Program-made: the position numbers and the translations under genes
From: Squalus acanthias
Taxonomy: Eukaryota
Length of the DNA: 64,000 nucleotides
Direction of reading: 5' to 3'
Assembly: GCA_030390025.1 (NCBI GenBank)
Contig: JASTWF010000333.1
Coordinates: 310,001-374,000, forward strand
Part shown: positions 13,416 to 25,536 of the stretch, piece by piece
Numbering within the stretch: the first letter of the stretch is position 1
Layout: the number at the start of each line of letters is the position of its first letter
Notes under the pieces: generated by a model
The model's input: the letters and a program-made list of their open reading frames with translations, nothing else
What the model was told of the DNA's origin: nothing
The model's database searches: none

Positions 13416-13734
13416 GTTTCTCCCTCACAGGCTTCCTCTTTAAACAGATTAAGTACTTGTAAGGAAAAATGGAAAGAGTTGTAAAAGTAATTTTAATAAA
13501 GTGAGTGGCTAGAGAATCACGTCGGGCTATGGTGGGAAACGTGCGGGATCGGATTGGGAACACGTCATACCCGCCTGATGAATATCACGGCCCGAGATGA
13601 TTTTCCAATAACTAACATTTTCAGAAAGTCATACATACATACTTACTTAAAGGAATATAATTGATGATCATTTTCTTTTTTTAAACTTTTGGAAATGTTA
13701 AATAATTCATTTTTAAACAGTCATTTTCATATTT

Positions 13735-13995
13735 AAGAAAAAGATCTAATTCAATTAGGCCTTGCACACAGCAAGAGTTGCTCCTTATAACTACACTACT
13801 CAAAACAAGGTCCAAACTCGTTTTTAACAAATTTTTAAAGTTGGAAACTTACCTCAGACTTTCTGAAAGAAAAAAATCTAATTCAATTAGGCCTTGCACA
13901 CAGCGAGAGTTGCTCCTTATAACTACACTACTCCAAATGGTCAAAACCCGTTTTTAAAAATTTTTACAATTGGAAACTTACCTCAGACTTTATGA
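13735..13995. repeat. Tandem duplication of about 130 bp within Harbinger A
   Basis: ATCTAATTCAATTAGGCCTTGCACACAGC...GGAAACTTACCTCAGACTTT occurs twice. Confidence 0.9.
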
Positions 13996-14319
13996 AAAAA
14001 ACTTTGCTCCCTTTCAGAATTAAAAATTTTCAGTTTAGTAGCCCCACTGGTGAAAGATTTCTTCTTCCTGGTTGTTCCAGAGCTTCTAAAAAGGCTTTAC
14101 TCTTGCTTTTTAAAAGCGCAGCTGCCGGGGATTTACCCGCACTGCACCAATTGAGAAAAATACCGAATTTCAATGCGCATGCGCTTCAACTACGAACCCT
14201 TTCCTTCAGGCCACCGGAAGTTCCGGTTTCCCGCGCATGCAGGAAACCGGCACTTCAGGAGGCCTTACGGGTGAGTTCACAGTCCCGGCAAGTGCCAAAT
14301 TTTTGGCCCATAAATTCAA

Positions 14320-14640
14320 GTGAAACTGACAGTAAATGAGATGCTTAAGTATGAGCTGCACAATTATGTGGCACAATTCGGATACGACATTCCCCTGTTG
14401 TTTGAGCGTTTCAGTGAGCTCATGATGCGACTGAACTCCTCCCTAAAGCATTTTTATGTTTTGGAGCAAGACAACTCGAAAATGGATATTGAAATTGACA
14501 GCATAGAGGACAACTCACACTGGTGGGATATTCGGCTTAATATATCAGCACACCCTTAGGTTCGTATTATTTCACATGCTCTGGTAGTTCACCAACTTGT
14601 AATGATAGTGTATTTGATATATGTATACCCTATGTAGTAA
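14320..14640 (+). pseudogene. env C-terminal remnant (HR2/TM)
   Basis: YVAQFGYDIP...KHFYVLEQ...WW...RIISHALVVHQLVMIVYL aligns with FVAHFGYLIP...KHFYTLEQ...WW...RIASHILVVCQVFIVVYL of the intact env; one in-frame stop. Confidence 0.85.
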
Positions 14641-15185
14641 GACTTTGATACATAAGCCAATTGGGTACTCATGCCTATGACTAACCAGCACCAACAAATT
14701 AATTGAGCACACCGAAAGAGAAGATCCGAAGTTGAGGAGACCCCAGGCGGGGTAACATCAGGAAAGATAGAAGAAACAGAGAATACCCCACGCAGGGCAG
14801 AATTGGAACACCCGAACAGTGAATTGAATTTAAGTAAGGGTCAGATCAGGGCCGATACTGCCAGATCGTATGCAGCAATAGGAGTAGCGGGCGGAGGAGA
14901 AAGGATAGACTGGGACGCACTAGAAGGCAAGACATATCAGCATAGCCGACATGATGGTTGGGGAGACCCCGGGGTGTCCTCCAGCCATGAGGATAGGCGG
15001 TCAGCCCCTGTGAGTGTCATAGTTAGCACCCAGGCCTATAATGAAAAGGGGGATAAAACCTCATTTGAGAAGTGTTCCGTTCCCCTCAATTAGTGGACTC
15101 CAATTTGCAGCAACGCTTGTCAGAGAATAGATTGAAGTAGTCGAGGAATCAATGTTTAAAACATTTCATCCTCGGGGTGGGGACT

Positions 15186-16631
15186 TGTACGAAAGGCTGA
15201 TATTTAGAGATATTTAGTAGATGAGAATCATATACATATAAATTCAAGTGTAGCCATTGACCAAATAATATTACCCATAATTACTCCTGGGTAACTAAAA
15301 AGCTAAGACTTGTTCAAAATGTAGCTGCAGACAGTCAAAAGCAGTTTTGACTAAGTTTTGATAACAAACAGCCACAGACTGCAAGTTGTGGAAGTGCAGT
15401 TTTTGTCTTGGACACAAAATGGCTTCCTTGAACAAAGAATGATACAAAATGGCCGAATCTGACTTGTTTGGAAAGCAAGAATCCGTTGTTATGTTTCTCA
15501 TGAAAATGTATTTAAAGTTTTAGACTATGCTGTCAGCAAAGTCTGCCAGCACAGAGAAATAACAGGCTTCTTCTAATCAACTTGAGATAACCAAAGGCTA
15601 GTGAAGTAAACAACCAGACGCCTTGGCCTTGGTGAGAGAAGAACAGATAGATAGACTCCATTTTGTAGAGATTAGCTAGTCTCATTGTAAGGCATTTCTT
15701 ATGTTTTTTTAACTCGTAACTTAGCTTACCTTAAACAACATGTCATGTGATATGGGAAGCTTGTTTTCAGTGTATAAGATCTTCCATTTTCTGTTTGATT
15801 CTTCAGTCTGTAGTCATAGCTATTTGGCTATGGTTGCATTCGCCTTGCAAGTAAAATATAATAATAAAGCCTTCTTTGATGATATTGTTTAAAGAGTCTT
15901 ACTCGGAAGTCGAAACTTCGACAGAGTGAAGGTTAAATTGCTAAAAAAACATATTATGATGCTAAGTAGAAATTAAAATTCGCTTACCAAAACGAATTAC
16001 AATGATATTTAAAAAATAATTAGTATAAGGACATAAAATGAGAGAGATCATGGAGATAAGGTATTTATCTGGTAGATTAAAGTGAGATAGTTTGGATACC
16101 TCAAGACTCGTGAAACAGCGCTGATATGGGCCCCAGGTATAAAGGCCTTGTACCAGGGAAGCTAGAAATGAAAGAGATAAAGTAAATTCCAATGGGGTGA
16201 AAAACTATAAACAAGATAACACTGAACATGGCAAAGTTGGTGGAAAAATACTGGAAAGGCGGGATGCTACCTTAGTCTGAGTGACAATGGTATTTTGACC
16301 ATTAGAACCAATTATAAAAGGTGATTTTGTTAAAAACCATATATGGACACTGGCCAAACCAACTTCTGATAAGAAAAGGGTTAAAACCTCGATACTCAAA
16401 GAACAACTTTACACAGATGTACTGCGAGAACAAAGGAACTGACTTAAGACGACGTCATCTGTGTCTGAGAGGTTCCAGAGACCAAGGGCTGCGAGCTACT
16501 CGTTAAAACTATCGCCTAATATTAAGTATATTATGCTGTATGCTTAATAAATCTTGATCTATTGCTCAAACATACTGGCTGCTGCCTATTGGTGTCTTGT
16601 CCAAGAACTCAGAGATCATTAAGATCTTACA
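15186..16631 (+). repeat. 3' LTR of second ERV (about 1.45 kb)
   Basis: TG...CA ends, upstream PPT, AATAAA near 16546; first ~65 nt match the stub at 5351. Confidence 0.75.
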
Positions 16632-16649
16632 AAGTTGTTGTTGGTGGTG

Positions 16650-17188
16650 GTGGTCACCATATTATAAAAAGGATATAGAAGAACTGGAGTGGGTGCAGAG
16701 AAGATTTTCAAGGATGATACCAGAAATGCGAGGGTATACCTATCAGGAAAGGGTGAACAGGCTGGGCATCTTTTCTCTTGAAAAGAGAAGGCTGAGGGGT
16801 GACCTAATAGAGGTCTTTAAAATTATGAAAGATTTTGATAGAGTGGATACAGAGAGAATGTTTCCACTTGTGGGGAAGAGCATAACTAGAGGCCATCAAT
16901 ATAAGATAGTCACCAAGAAATCAAATGGGGAATTCAGAAGAAACTTCTTTACCCAGAGAGTGGCGAGAATGTGGAACTCGCTATCACAGGGAGTGGTTGA
17001 AATGAAAAGTATAGAAACATTTAAGGGCCGGTTAGATAAGCATATGAGGGAGAAGGGAATAGGGAGTTTTGCTGATAGAGTTAGATGAGGAAAGACAGGA
17101 GGAGGCTCGAGTGGAGCATAAACGCTGGCATGGACTGGTTGGGCTGAATGGCCTGTTTCTGTGCCGTATATCCTTTGTAATCCTATGT
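16650..17188 (+). mobile_element. CR1 LINE 3' fragment
   Basis: WSPYYKKDIEELEWVQRRF...RRLRGDLIEVFKIM...RNFFTQRVARMWNSL. Confidence 0.9.
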
Positions 17189-17189
17189 A

Positions 17190-17705
17190 GTGTTTTCAGA
17201 TGATGTTGCCGAGGGGCAGCATGCAGATGAGAAATAGGAGGGGCCAAGGATAGGGACACCAGAGGTGATGGTGCGGGAGCGGGAAGAGAAGCCATTGGAG
17301 GTGATTCTCTGGCTACGACTGCATGGATAAGAATGGAACCAGACAAATGCAGTCCCACCAGCTGGACGATGGTGGAGAGGCGTTGGAGCAGAATTTTGTG
17401 GTCAACCATGTCAAAGGCTGCAGATAGGTCAAGAAGGATGAGGAAGGATAGTTTACTTTTGCCTGTGACAACTAGGATGTCATTTGTGACTTTGGTAAGA
17501 GCCATTTCGGTACAGTGGCAGGGCGGAAACCTGATTGGAGGGATTCAAACATGGAGTTCTGGGAAAGATGAGCATGAATTTGGGAGGTGACAACACGTTC
17601 AAGGATTACAAGGAAAGGGAGGTTGGAGTTGGGACGTTAGTTTGCAAGGTTGGAGGGGTCATGGTTTGTTTTTTTGAAAAGAGGGGTGATGACGGCAGAT
17701 TTGAA
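17190..17705 (-). mobile_element. L2-clade LINE RT fragment (upstream part of the 4590-5350 copy)
   Basis: [10 protein letters not shown]...[22 protein letters not shown]. Confidence 0.85.
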
Positions 17706-19589
17706 GGGGAGAAGAGAGAGAGAGATAAAAGAGACAGAAAGAAAAAGGAAATGAAATTATTTTAATTTAAAAAAAAACCTGCAACACTAAATAAATTCTG
17801 AAGGAATAACATTGCACTCTTGTAAAATTAAATTTTCAGTGCCAGAGAGCTTGTTTGGCAGTAATAATGACTTATCAATCATGCTGTTAAAAATTCACTT
17901 ACACCTGAATGCACAGCCCTAACTTTTTCTGGCATGTTTAGTGGGTAACTAGTGGGTAAGTACCCCAACTCCATGCACTTACATGGATTTCAATGCCAAG
18001 TCTCTCGGCGAGGTACTGTTATAGCGCAGCCTCTGGAGGAGCAGGGCAACTCGGACAACAACTTCGGAATTTGCGCGTTTAACTGCACATGTGCAGACTC
18101 TGGAAGTTGCTGTCTGATTTACTCCATAATAACGGTGAGTGCTGACAGCCTCACCCTTATTCTTAACGCAAAATCCGGGCCATTGTTTGTGTTCGGTACT
18201 GCTCATCTACTTGTTGAACGTTCAGTAAATTAATCTAGTGGTTTATAGCCTGAGCCATGATCTGATAGTGTGCATTTTATTCCACCTACCAAAGATGAAG
18301 TGATCACTTGAAGGAATGTAATGTATTCCATAAGCCAGAGTACAGTGCCAAGGCTTGTTGGATTGACCCTGGGCCTTTTTACATTTACCTAAATATTGGA
18401 CAGTTAATGGTACACTCAGATTCAGGGGTTATGAGGTCCACCTCCAGGAGTGGCCAGTGGCATTGAACCTAAGGATATAGCAAGTGTTAAAACCTAAACC
18501 ATCAGAACTATTTCTGCATTCCACTATCTCGTTAAAGGCAATAAACATCTAATTACAAAAGCAGCCTTGTGGGCTCTGGCGAAGAGTATCCCCCCAAATT
18601 AACTTATCAGCAATGCGACATTATCTATTTTGATGCACTCAGGATTAAAATTGCACTGTACCATTTACCTCCTACACAGTTGTTTTATGAAATTGAAATA
18701 TGGATTAGTTAAAACAATTATTGCATGTTCCAACAAAATGAGTTCAATATCTCAACCAAGCATCTCTCCACACAAACACTTAACTGAAGGGATGCTAGCG
18801 GATTGACTAGTAATTGTAACAATGCATATAGCCCAGCTTTAATTAATGGCGCCACATCCAAAGATATTTGTCACACTTCCAATTTCTTGTAGTTACCAAA
18901 TGTTTAGATTGAAAACTGATGAATGTTTGCAACAACAGCACACCAATTTGATAATTTCTTGAATTGCACCAACAGTAAACCTTTCAGCCTAGATATTTTG
19001 GCATCAAAAATCTGAGCAGAAAAATGATGGAGCACTATTTGTGCTTCCTGAGCGAGTAGTGTGCTGACCCCATCAGAGTCTCCGGAGGCAGCCAAATTAA
19101 CAGTACCTGGATGAGATCCCACATAGTGGGAGGTCACCATTGTAGAGCAGAAATGCATGTGCGGCTGCTGGATTTAAAAGACAGAACAGCAAAACTTTAA
19201 ATTTCTAGCAATAAAAGAAAAGGATCTCAAAAATCCACCAGCCTTTGAAACTGTCGTAAGTGCTGAATCAGCCCTCCAGGAACCTCCACCACTGACTCTG
19301 TGGAATACCGAGGTCAGTGAGAGGTTCTCTGAGCTACATAAAACTGAGGGGCACTTTTGCCACGATGAGCACATCTCAGGCACTTGCCAGAGAAAGGGCG
19401 GTGGTTTGGGGTAGACAGAGGTCCCATCCCAAAAAGGTCTCCCTAAAATCTAGTAGCATATCCAGGTCTCGGCCTAATTCTCGTGCTTTCCATTGTACTC
19501 CCAGAAGACGTACAGTGTGAACATGCTAGATTTTTGCAGCCAAGATTTGTAAAAATTCTGGAGATTGAATGAGGTCCCCATGTTCACAA

Positions 19590-21696
19590 ATTAAGCATTG
19601 GAAGTGCTTCTAAGTAAAACTGGGCACAGGAGAGGGTCATTTGGAATCCCACAACAATGCCCAACAAGGAGAACAGCACAGCACCAATAGCAGAAGGTGG
19701 CCACAGCAGCCAGCGCTAATTGCACAACCCCACACAAGCCAACAAAGTGTCGCAAAAAGTTTAACAACCTTACAAGGTCTGCCAAGGTAAGAGGAGCCAG
19801 GCTCACCTTCTAAGAATACAATGAATTAAGGATGTTTGCAACTTACAGTCACCTCCCCTTCATTGTGTTAGAGTGCTTCAGTTGCTCATCATCAATCCCC
19901 AAGCAAGACTGTTTACACCCCCAACATCCACCTGCAAGTGTTCCTTCATTCACATCCTCACATGGTATGTAATTGCTTGGTTGATGCACATGTCATCACT
20001 CCCATTGTGTTCTGTCTGCTGACGTCTGGGTTTGACGGCATTTCACGCCAACTAGAAGTCCTTAATACTTTTTACATTCTTTTTAAAAATAGAAGACACT
20101 CCAGAACACCAGAGAGAGAGAGAGAGGGAGAGTGACAACAGGTAGTGAACCTGCCAACCTGCACCTCATCACCTCCTACGAGATGGAAACTTTGATGTGG
20201 GTGGAAGAAACAGTAGAAAATCGGACGGGCAAAAAAGTGGTCTGGTTCTGGATCCCGTTCACAATTCCCACTCCTACCCATCGGGTGTGCCAAGCAAAAA
20301 ATCTGCCTTTGGCACAAGTAAAGGGGTTGTCAATGAAATAACACCTTAGTTTAACCACTATGGCTTAATCCAAAATGTAAGCAGTCAGTAGTAGAATAGC
20401 CAATTGTTATTTTTTGGTAACATTGTTTTTCTTCCTTTCTTTTCTAATCAGTGATAACTCATCTGACTCTGGCACGTTACATTGTTTGTGGTGTCTGACT
20501 CCAAAGTAATGTTTAGGGAATCCTATCTTATGCAGGCTGGCCAAATTGTCAAGTTTCTTCATTATTTATTTGAAACTTGCATTCCTTGGATCAATGAAAC
20601 AAAAGCTAACAAGCTCATTACAGCAACAACAACATACATTTCCACAACACTCCTCACGTAGAGAGAGAGATATCTCAGCGTGCTTTACATGGTGATTGAC
20701 AATTAGTGGACTCTCAGCAGCAGGAACAAAAAGGTGGGGGTTAGGAGGGGACAAAGAGAAAGATCTTCAAAGGCAAAGTAAGGACAGAAGTGACACGGTA
20801 GAGTTGCTAAGGAAGTGCTCTGTGGTTGAGCAATTAGTTCACATCCGAGAGCTATATTCATTTTGTTTCTCCTTCACCTTTCTTGCCATGTCATAAGTTT
20901 CTGCTTATGTTGCTGTCTGAATCCTGTACTATCCACACAGGATGATAATTCTCCAAGATATATTTACTTTTTTTTTTCATTCTCAGAATGTGGGTGTTGC
21001 TGGCAAGGCCTGCATCAATGTCCTGACGCTGAGATGACTGGCCTGCAATAACCGCAACCATCTCCTTTTGAACCAGCTCTGATCCCAGCCACTGGAAAGC
21101 TTCCCCCCTCCCCAAATCTCCATCGACTTCAATTTTACTAGGGCTCCTTTGTGCCACACTCAGTCGAATGTTGCCTTAACGTCAAGGGTAGTCACTCTCA
21201 CCTCACCTCTGGAATTCAAGTCTTGTGTCCATGTTTGGATCAAACCCGACAACTACAGGCGGTCCTGGAGAAACTGGTCAAGGCGCCCGAGAAAGATTTG
21301 GGGAAGATGGCTCACATCATGGAAGCGATGAAGAGCATTATGGACATGAGGCAGGTGGCTGCTGAGAACAGCTCGTCGGCCCTTCACGTTCTCACCTACC
21401 AGATGCGACAAAACAGCAAGAAAAGGAGGCTGCTGGAGGACTCCGAGATGGTTCGGAAGTCACCCAAGATCAGGAAGAGCCTGGATTGTGGAGGGAAAGC
21501 CCAGGGCAGAACACCTGCAGACAGCACCACAGGTTACAAGAGACACAGTGCAGAGTTGTCTAGCACAAGAAAAAGACGTCTTTGTGACTCTTCATTGGTT
21601 CAAAATCGAGGAGAACATGAGGCTGACGATCCTCCCTCCGATAAGAGAAGGATGGTAAGATCAGAGTCTTGTGATTTTAGTTCCTTTGAAAAGTGA
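19590..21696 (+). pseudogene. Decayed Harbinger Myb/SANT gene (exon remnants near 19590-19786, 20090-20280, 21270-21696)
   Basis: KCRKKFNNLTRSAK followed by GTAAG donor; downstream exon assignments are tentative. Confidence 0.55.
20985..21270 (-). mobile_element. Fragment of the LINE family seen at 43.2-55.8 kb
   Basis: Shares GACTTCAATTTTACTAGGGCTCCTT...CTCACCTCACCTCTGGAATT with 53860-53950. Confidence 0.8.
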
Positions 21697-21995
21697 GTTG
21701 ATCGCACTACAATGAAATATTTTCCGTAGAATTACACTGAAGTTACAACATGGGAAACAGGCCGTTCGGCCCAACCAGACAATATTGGTGTTTATCCTCC
21801 ACACACACGAGCTGTGATCCTAACCTTGCTCTGTTCCCAAATCCCTTTCACTCTCCCCCCCTTTACTTCAACCACCTGCCTAACCTATTCTTAAATGTTG
21901 ATGTTGGCCCCGATATTAACGTGGAGACGGGAACGGGGCGGGGGGTGAGGCCGATAGCAGGTGACGTAAGCGCAACATCGTGGGACGGGTAGGAG

Positions 21996-22460
21996 GGTAC
22001 GGTAGCATAGTGGTTATGTTACTGGACTATTAATCCAGAGGCCTGGACTAATAATCTGGAGACATAAGTTCAAATCCCACCACGGCAGCTGGGGAATTTA
22101 AAATTCAGTTAATTAAATAAATCTGGTATTAAAAAGCTAGTATCAGTAATGGTGACCATGAAACTACCGGATTGTCATAAAAACCCAACTGGTTCACGAA
22201 TGTCCTTCAAGGAAGGAAACCTGGTCTGGCCTATATGTGACTCCAGACCCACAATGTGATTGACTGTTAACCGCCCTCTGAAATGGCCTAGCAAGCCATT
22301 CAGTTGTACCAAAGTCAGCACTGTGGGAGTACCTTCACCGCAAGGACTGCAGCGGTTCAAGGCGGCGGCTCACCACCACCTTCTCGAGGGCAATTAAGGA
22401 TGGGCAATAAATACCGGTCTTGCCAGCAATGCCCACATCCCGTGAACGAATAAAATAAAA
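21996..22460 (+). mobile_element. tRNA-derived SINE with LINE-derived tail
   Basis: A box GTAGCATAGTGG, B box AGTTCAAATCC; tail matches the 3' end of the LINE at 43230; further copies at 23588-24000 and 58246-58670. Confidence 0.85.
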
Positions 22461-22629
22461 ATCTGATTTCAACAGGGATGCCTCTTTATCATTTTACCTC
22501 CGGTTTTTGCGTCTCATGTGCGCGAGTAGATGTGACGCCAGCCCGCATGGCACGACTTCCCGTCGCCTATTTAGAGGCCCAGTTCAGAGATGAAACGGAG
22601 GAGGAGGTTTGTAGGGTTTTGTTGTAAAA

Positions 22630-22880
22630 GAACAACCGGGAAGCTGAAGAATGAGTGGGAGTAGATGAAAGGCTGCACCAAGATTTTCAGATGGATTGCT
22701 GGATGTGCTGCTGGGGCAGGAGGGAGGTGCTGTTCCCAGCCAGTGAGATAAAGAAGCCTGCTGGCACGACCATGAAGGCATGGCTGGAGGTGGCGGAGGA
22801 GGTCAGCAGCAGGAGTGTGACCCGGAGATCATGGATTCAGTGCTGCAAGCGGTTCAATGATCTGACCGGGTCAGGAAAGG
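22630..22880 (+). pseudogene. Harbinger Myb/SANT exon 1 remnant
   Basis: RREVLFP...AWLEVAEEVSSRSVTRRSWIQCCKRFNDL then GTGAG donor. Confidence 0.8.
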
Positions 22881-23174
22881 TGAGCATATGGCTATATTCT
22901 CCCAGATACTGCACTGCACCCCCTCTCACTCTGGCTGGTCAGTCCTACTCCATTCACACTACTCCTCACCCCCACATCGCTCTCATCATGACCAACTGGA
23001 CCAAATCAATGCACCTCCTATCGCCCTCACTCCCTTGGCATGCTCGCCTCCTATTTGCTCCCTCCACCACTGCCAGTGACTGCAATCCTCATCTCATCTC
23101 ATATGACCTCCGTCACCTCCAACCACTCTCAACACACATCCTGAAAAGGCACCATTAGCACAATCCTCAAACAT

Positions 23175-23555
23175 TGAAACATATAAGATACTGAGGGGGC
23201 TCGACAAGGTAGATGCAGAGAAGATGTTTCCACTCATGGGGAAATCTAGAACTAGGGGGCATAGTTTCAGAATAAGGGGTCACCCATTTAAAACTGAGAT
23301 GTTGAGGAATTTCTTCTCTCAGAGGGTCGTAAATCATTGGAATTCTCTGCCCCAGAGAGCTGTGGAGGCTGGGTCATTGAATATATTTAAGGTGGAGATA
23401 GACAGATTTTTGAACAACAAGGGAGTGAAGGGTTATGGGGAGTGGGCAGGGAAATGGAGCTGAGCCCAAGATCAGATCACCCATGATCTCATTAAATGGC
23501 AGAGCAGGCTCGAGGGGCCAAATGGCCTACTCCTGCTCCTATTTCTTATGTTCTT
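23175..23555 (+). mobile_element. CR1 LINE 3' end
   Basis: TRGHSFRIRG...NFFSQRVVNHWNSLPQ and conserved 3' UTR. Confidence 0.9.
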
Positions 23556-23587
23556 AGGAGGTCTGGAGCTGGGTGGTTCTGGCAGAT

Positions 23588-24000
23588 CCTGGACTATTAA
23601 TCCGGAGACGCAAGTTCAAATCCCACCATGGCAGTTGGGGAATTTAAATTCAGTTAATTAGATAAATCTGGAATTTAAAAAAAGCTACTATCAGTAATGG
23701 TGACCATGAAACTACCATAATGTTGTAAAAACCCAACTAGTTCACTAATGTCCTTTAGGGAAGGAAACCTGCCGTCCTTACATGTGACTCCAGACCCACA
23801 GCATTGTGGTTGACCCTTAACTGCCCTCTGAAATGGCCACTAGCAAGCCACTTCGCCGTATCAAAAAAAACCTGCTACAATGGACTGAAGCAGTTCAAGA
23901 AGGTGGCTCACCGCCACCATCTCAAGGGCAATTAAGGATGGGCAATAAATGCTGGCCTTGCCAGCGACGCCCACATCCCGTGAATGAATAAAGAAAAAAA
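23588..24000 (+). mobile_element. tRNA-derived SINE (5' truncated)
   Basis: Colinear with 21996-22460. Confidence 0.85.
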
Positions 24001-25137
24001 ATCCCAAACTTTGCATTGGTATAGGAAACGGGTAACTGAATGAGAATAATAGTGAAAAAACCTCAGAAGAAAATATTTCAAATTATCTTATCTGTACATT
24101 CTTCAGTGAGCCGTGGTAACCATTGCTACCTAAAACCCCTGAGGAAATTGTACTGAGTTCCACACAAACAAATGAGCTCACAAGCAGGGCCTCGGTGATG
24201 CATCATTTCTGTGGTTTAATATGATCAAATTGCTCTTCCTTTCTTATCTTCTTGCGGCAATTTATGAGACCCAGTCACCAAAGAACAGCAAGATTATTTA
24301 TTTTGTTGCTCTCCCCCTACATTATATATTGATTTGTATATGTGTGTGAGCGTCTCCCTGTCATCAGGAAACTCTATCTGCTTATTAGAGAGGAATATTT
24401 ATCTCCATTTGCAGGAAATGTGTGCCTCTCCATCAGTTTGAGAGGGAATGTGCTTCTCTGTTAAAATATATTTGACAGATAGAATGTTATTTTTTGATCA
24501 AATATGTACAGGTAGAAATTCCACCCTCAGTGACAGAATTGCAGTGTAGTTGTGCTGATGGGGTGGGGGTTGCAGTTTGGAGCAGAATCCACACCCACAG
24601 GGTTTCCGCTCCATTTAAGTTCAAATCCAGATTCTGACCTAGTGGGGCAGATGCTTCTTTTGGCCGCTCTCCCACATATCGAGGTAACTGTCTGGGCGAC
24701 GTCTGGGGACATTCCCAGGCTACTCCAGGAATTCTGCGCAGCTCATCCCTGTTCGTCCAGTTATTCGCACACCTTTTGAGAGCAGGCTTGAGTTCCATTC
24801 TAGTCCTTAAGTGGGAGCTACAGTAGACCCAGGAGGGTCAATTGCAGTTGGAGGAAGGGCCAGAGAATGCCCCAAAAAAACATACATTTTTATCTTGGTT
24901 TTCTTCAGTGCAGTCTGGGCCTCGGGCTTCCACTCTCAGAGCAGCAGGATGCTGCTCCAATTGATAATGGCCCCATCCCCTGGATTTGGGATTGAGTAAT
25001 GAGAAGGCTAAAGTGGTGGGCAGAAGTTTGCCCCACTGCACCCCTGTCCCCCTCTGCAGGGCCCACAGAGGTTTTAGCCTGTAATGTGTTTGATCACAGA
25101 GTTGATATTAGTAAACAGTAATCCTTTGGAACCTTAC

Positions 25138-25536
25138 ATAGAAACATAGAAAAATAGGAGCAGGAGTAGGCCATTCGGCCCTTCGAGCCTGCTCCACCAT
25201 TCAATATGATCATGGCTGATCCTCTATCTCAATACCATATTTCCCCTCTCTCCCCATACCCCTTGATGCCTTTCGTGTCTAGAAATCTATCTATCTCCTT
25301 CTTAAATATATTCAGTGACTTGGCCTCCACAGCCTTCTGTGGTAGAGAATTCCACAGGTTCACCACCCTCTGAGTGAAGAAATTTCTCCTCATCTCAGTC
25401 CAAAATGTCCTACCCCGTATCCTGAGACTGTGTCCCCTCGTTCTCGACACCCCCAGCCAGGGGAAACATCCTCCCTGCATCCAGTCTGTCTAGCCCTGTC
25501 AGAATTTTATACGTTTCAATGAGATCCCCTCTCATT
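25138..25536 (-). mobile_element. CR1 LINE 3' end
   Basis: TRGHSLRIRG...FFTQRVVNLWNSLPQ. Confidence 0.9.

Larger units (their letters stand above)
5406..14309. mobile_element. Harbinger/PIF DNA transposon A (outer, decayed)
   Basis: Imperfect TIRs GGCCCAGAAATT / AATTTTTGGCCC; ATA TSD confirmed by the empty-site copy in the LTR at ~15230; convergent Myb/SANT and transposase genes. Confidence 0.9.
5351..16631 (+). mobile_element. Second, internally deleted ERV related to the 44-53 kb element (5' LTR stub, env C-terminus, PPT, 3' LTR), interrupted by Harbinger
   Basis: TGTACGAAAGGCTGATATTTAG... at 5351 recurs at 15186 behind purine tract GGGGTGGGGACT; env-homologous peptide at 14320-14640; LTR ends TCTTACA at 16631. 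No clean TSD found. Confidence 0.8.
3573..18181. mobile_element. Non-autonomous TIR element (MITE) split by nested insertions
   Basis: GGCCAGGATTTTGC at 3573 and GCAAAATCCGGGCC ending 18181; purine-rich interior continues either side of the L2. Confidence 0.55.

Noticed and set aside
18904..19520. Possible very old Harbinger transposase remnant (also about 61215-61600)
   Set aside because: Only faint motif echoes; cannot be supported by eye.
21996..22085. tRNA gene
   Set aside because: The A/B boxes belong to a SINE head followed by SINE body and LINE-derived tail.
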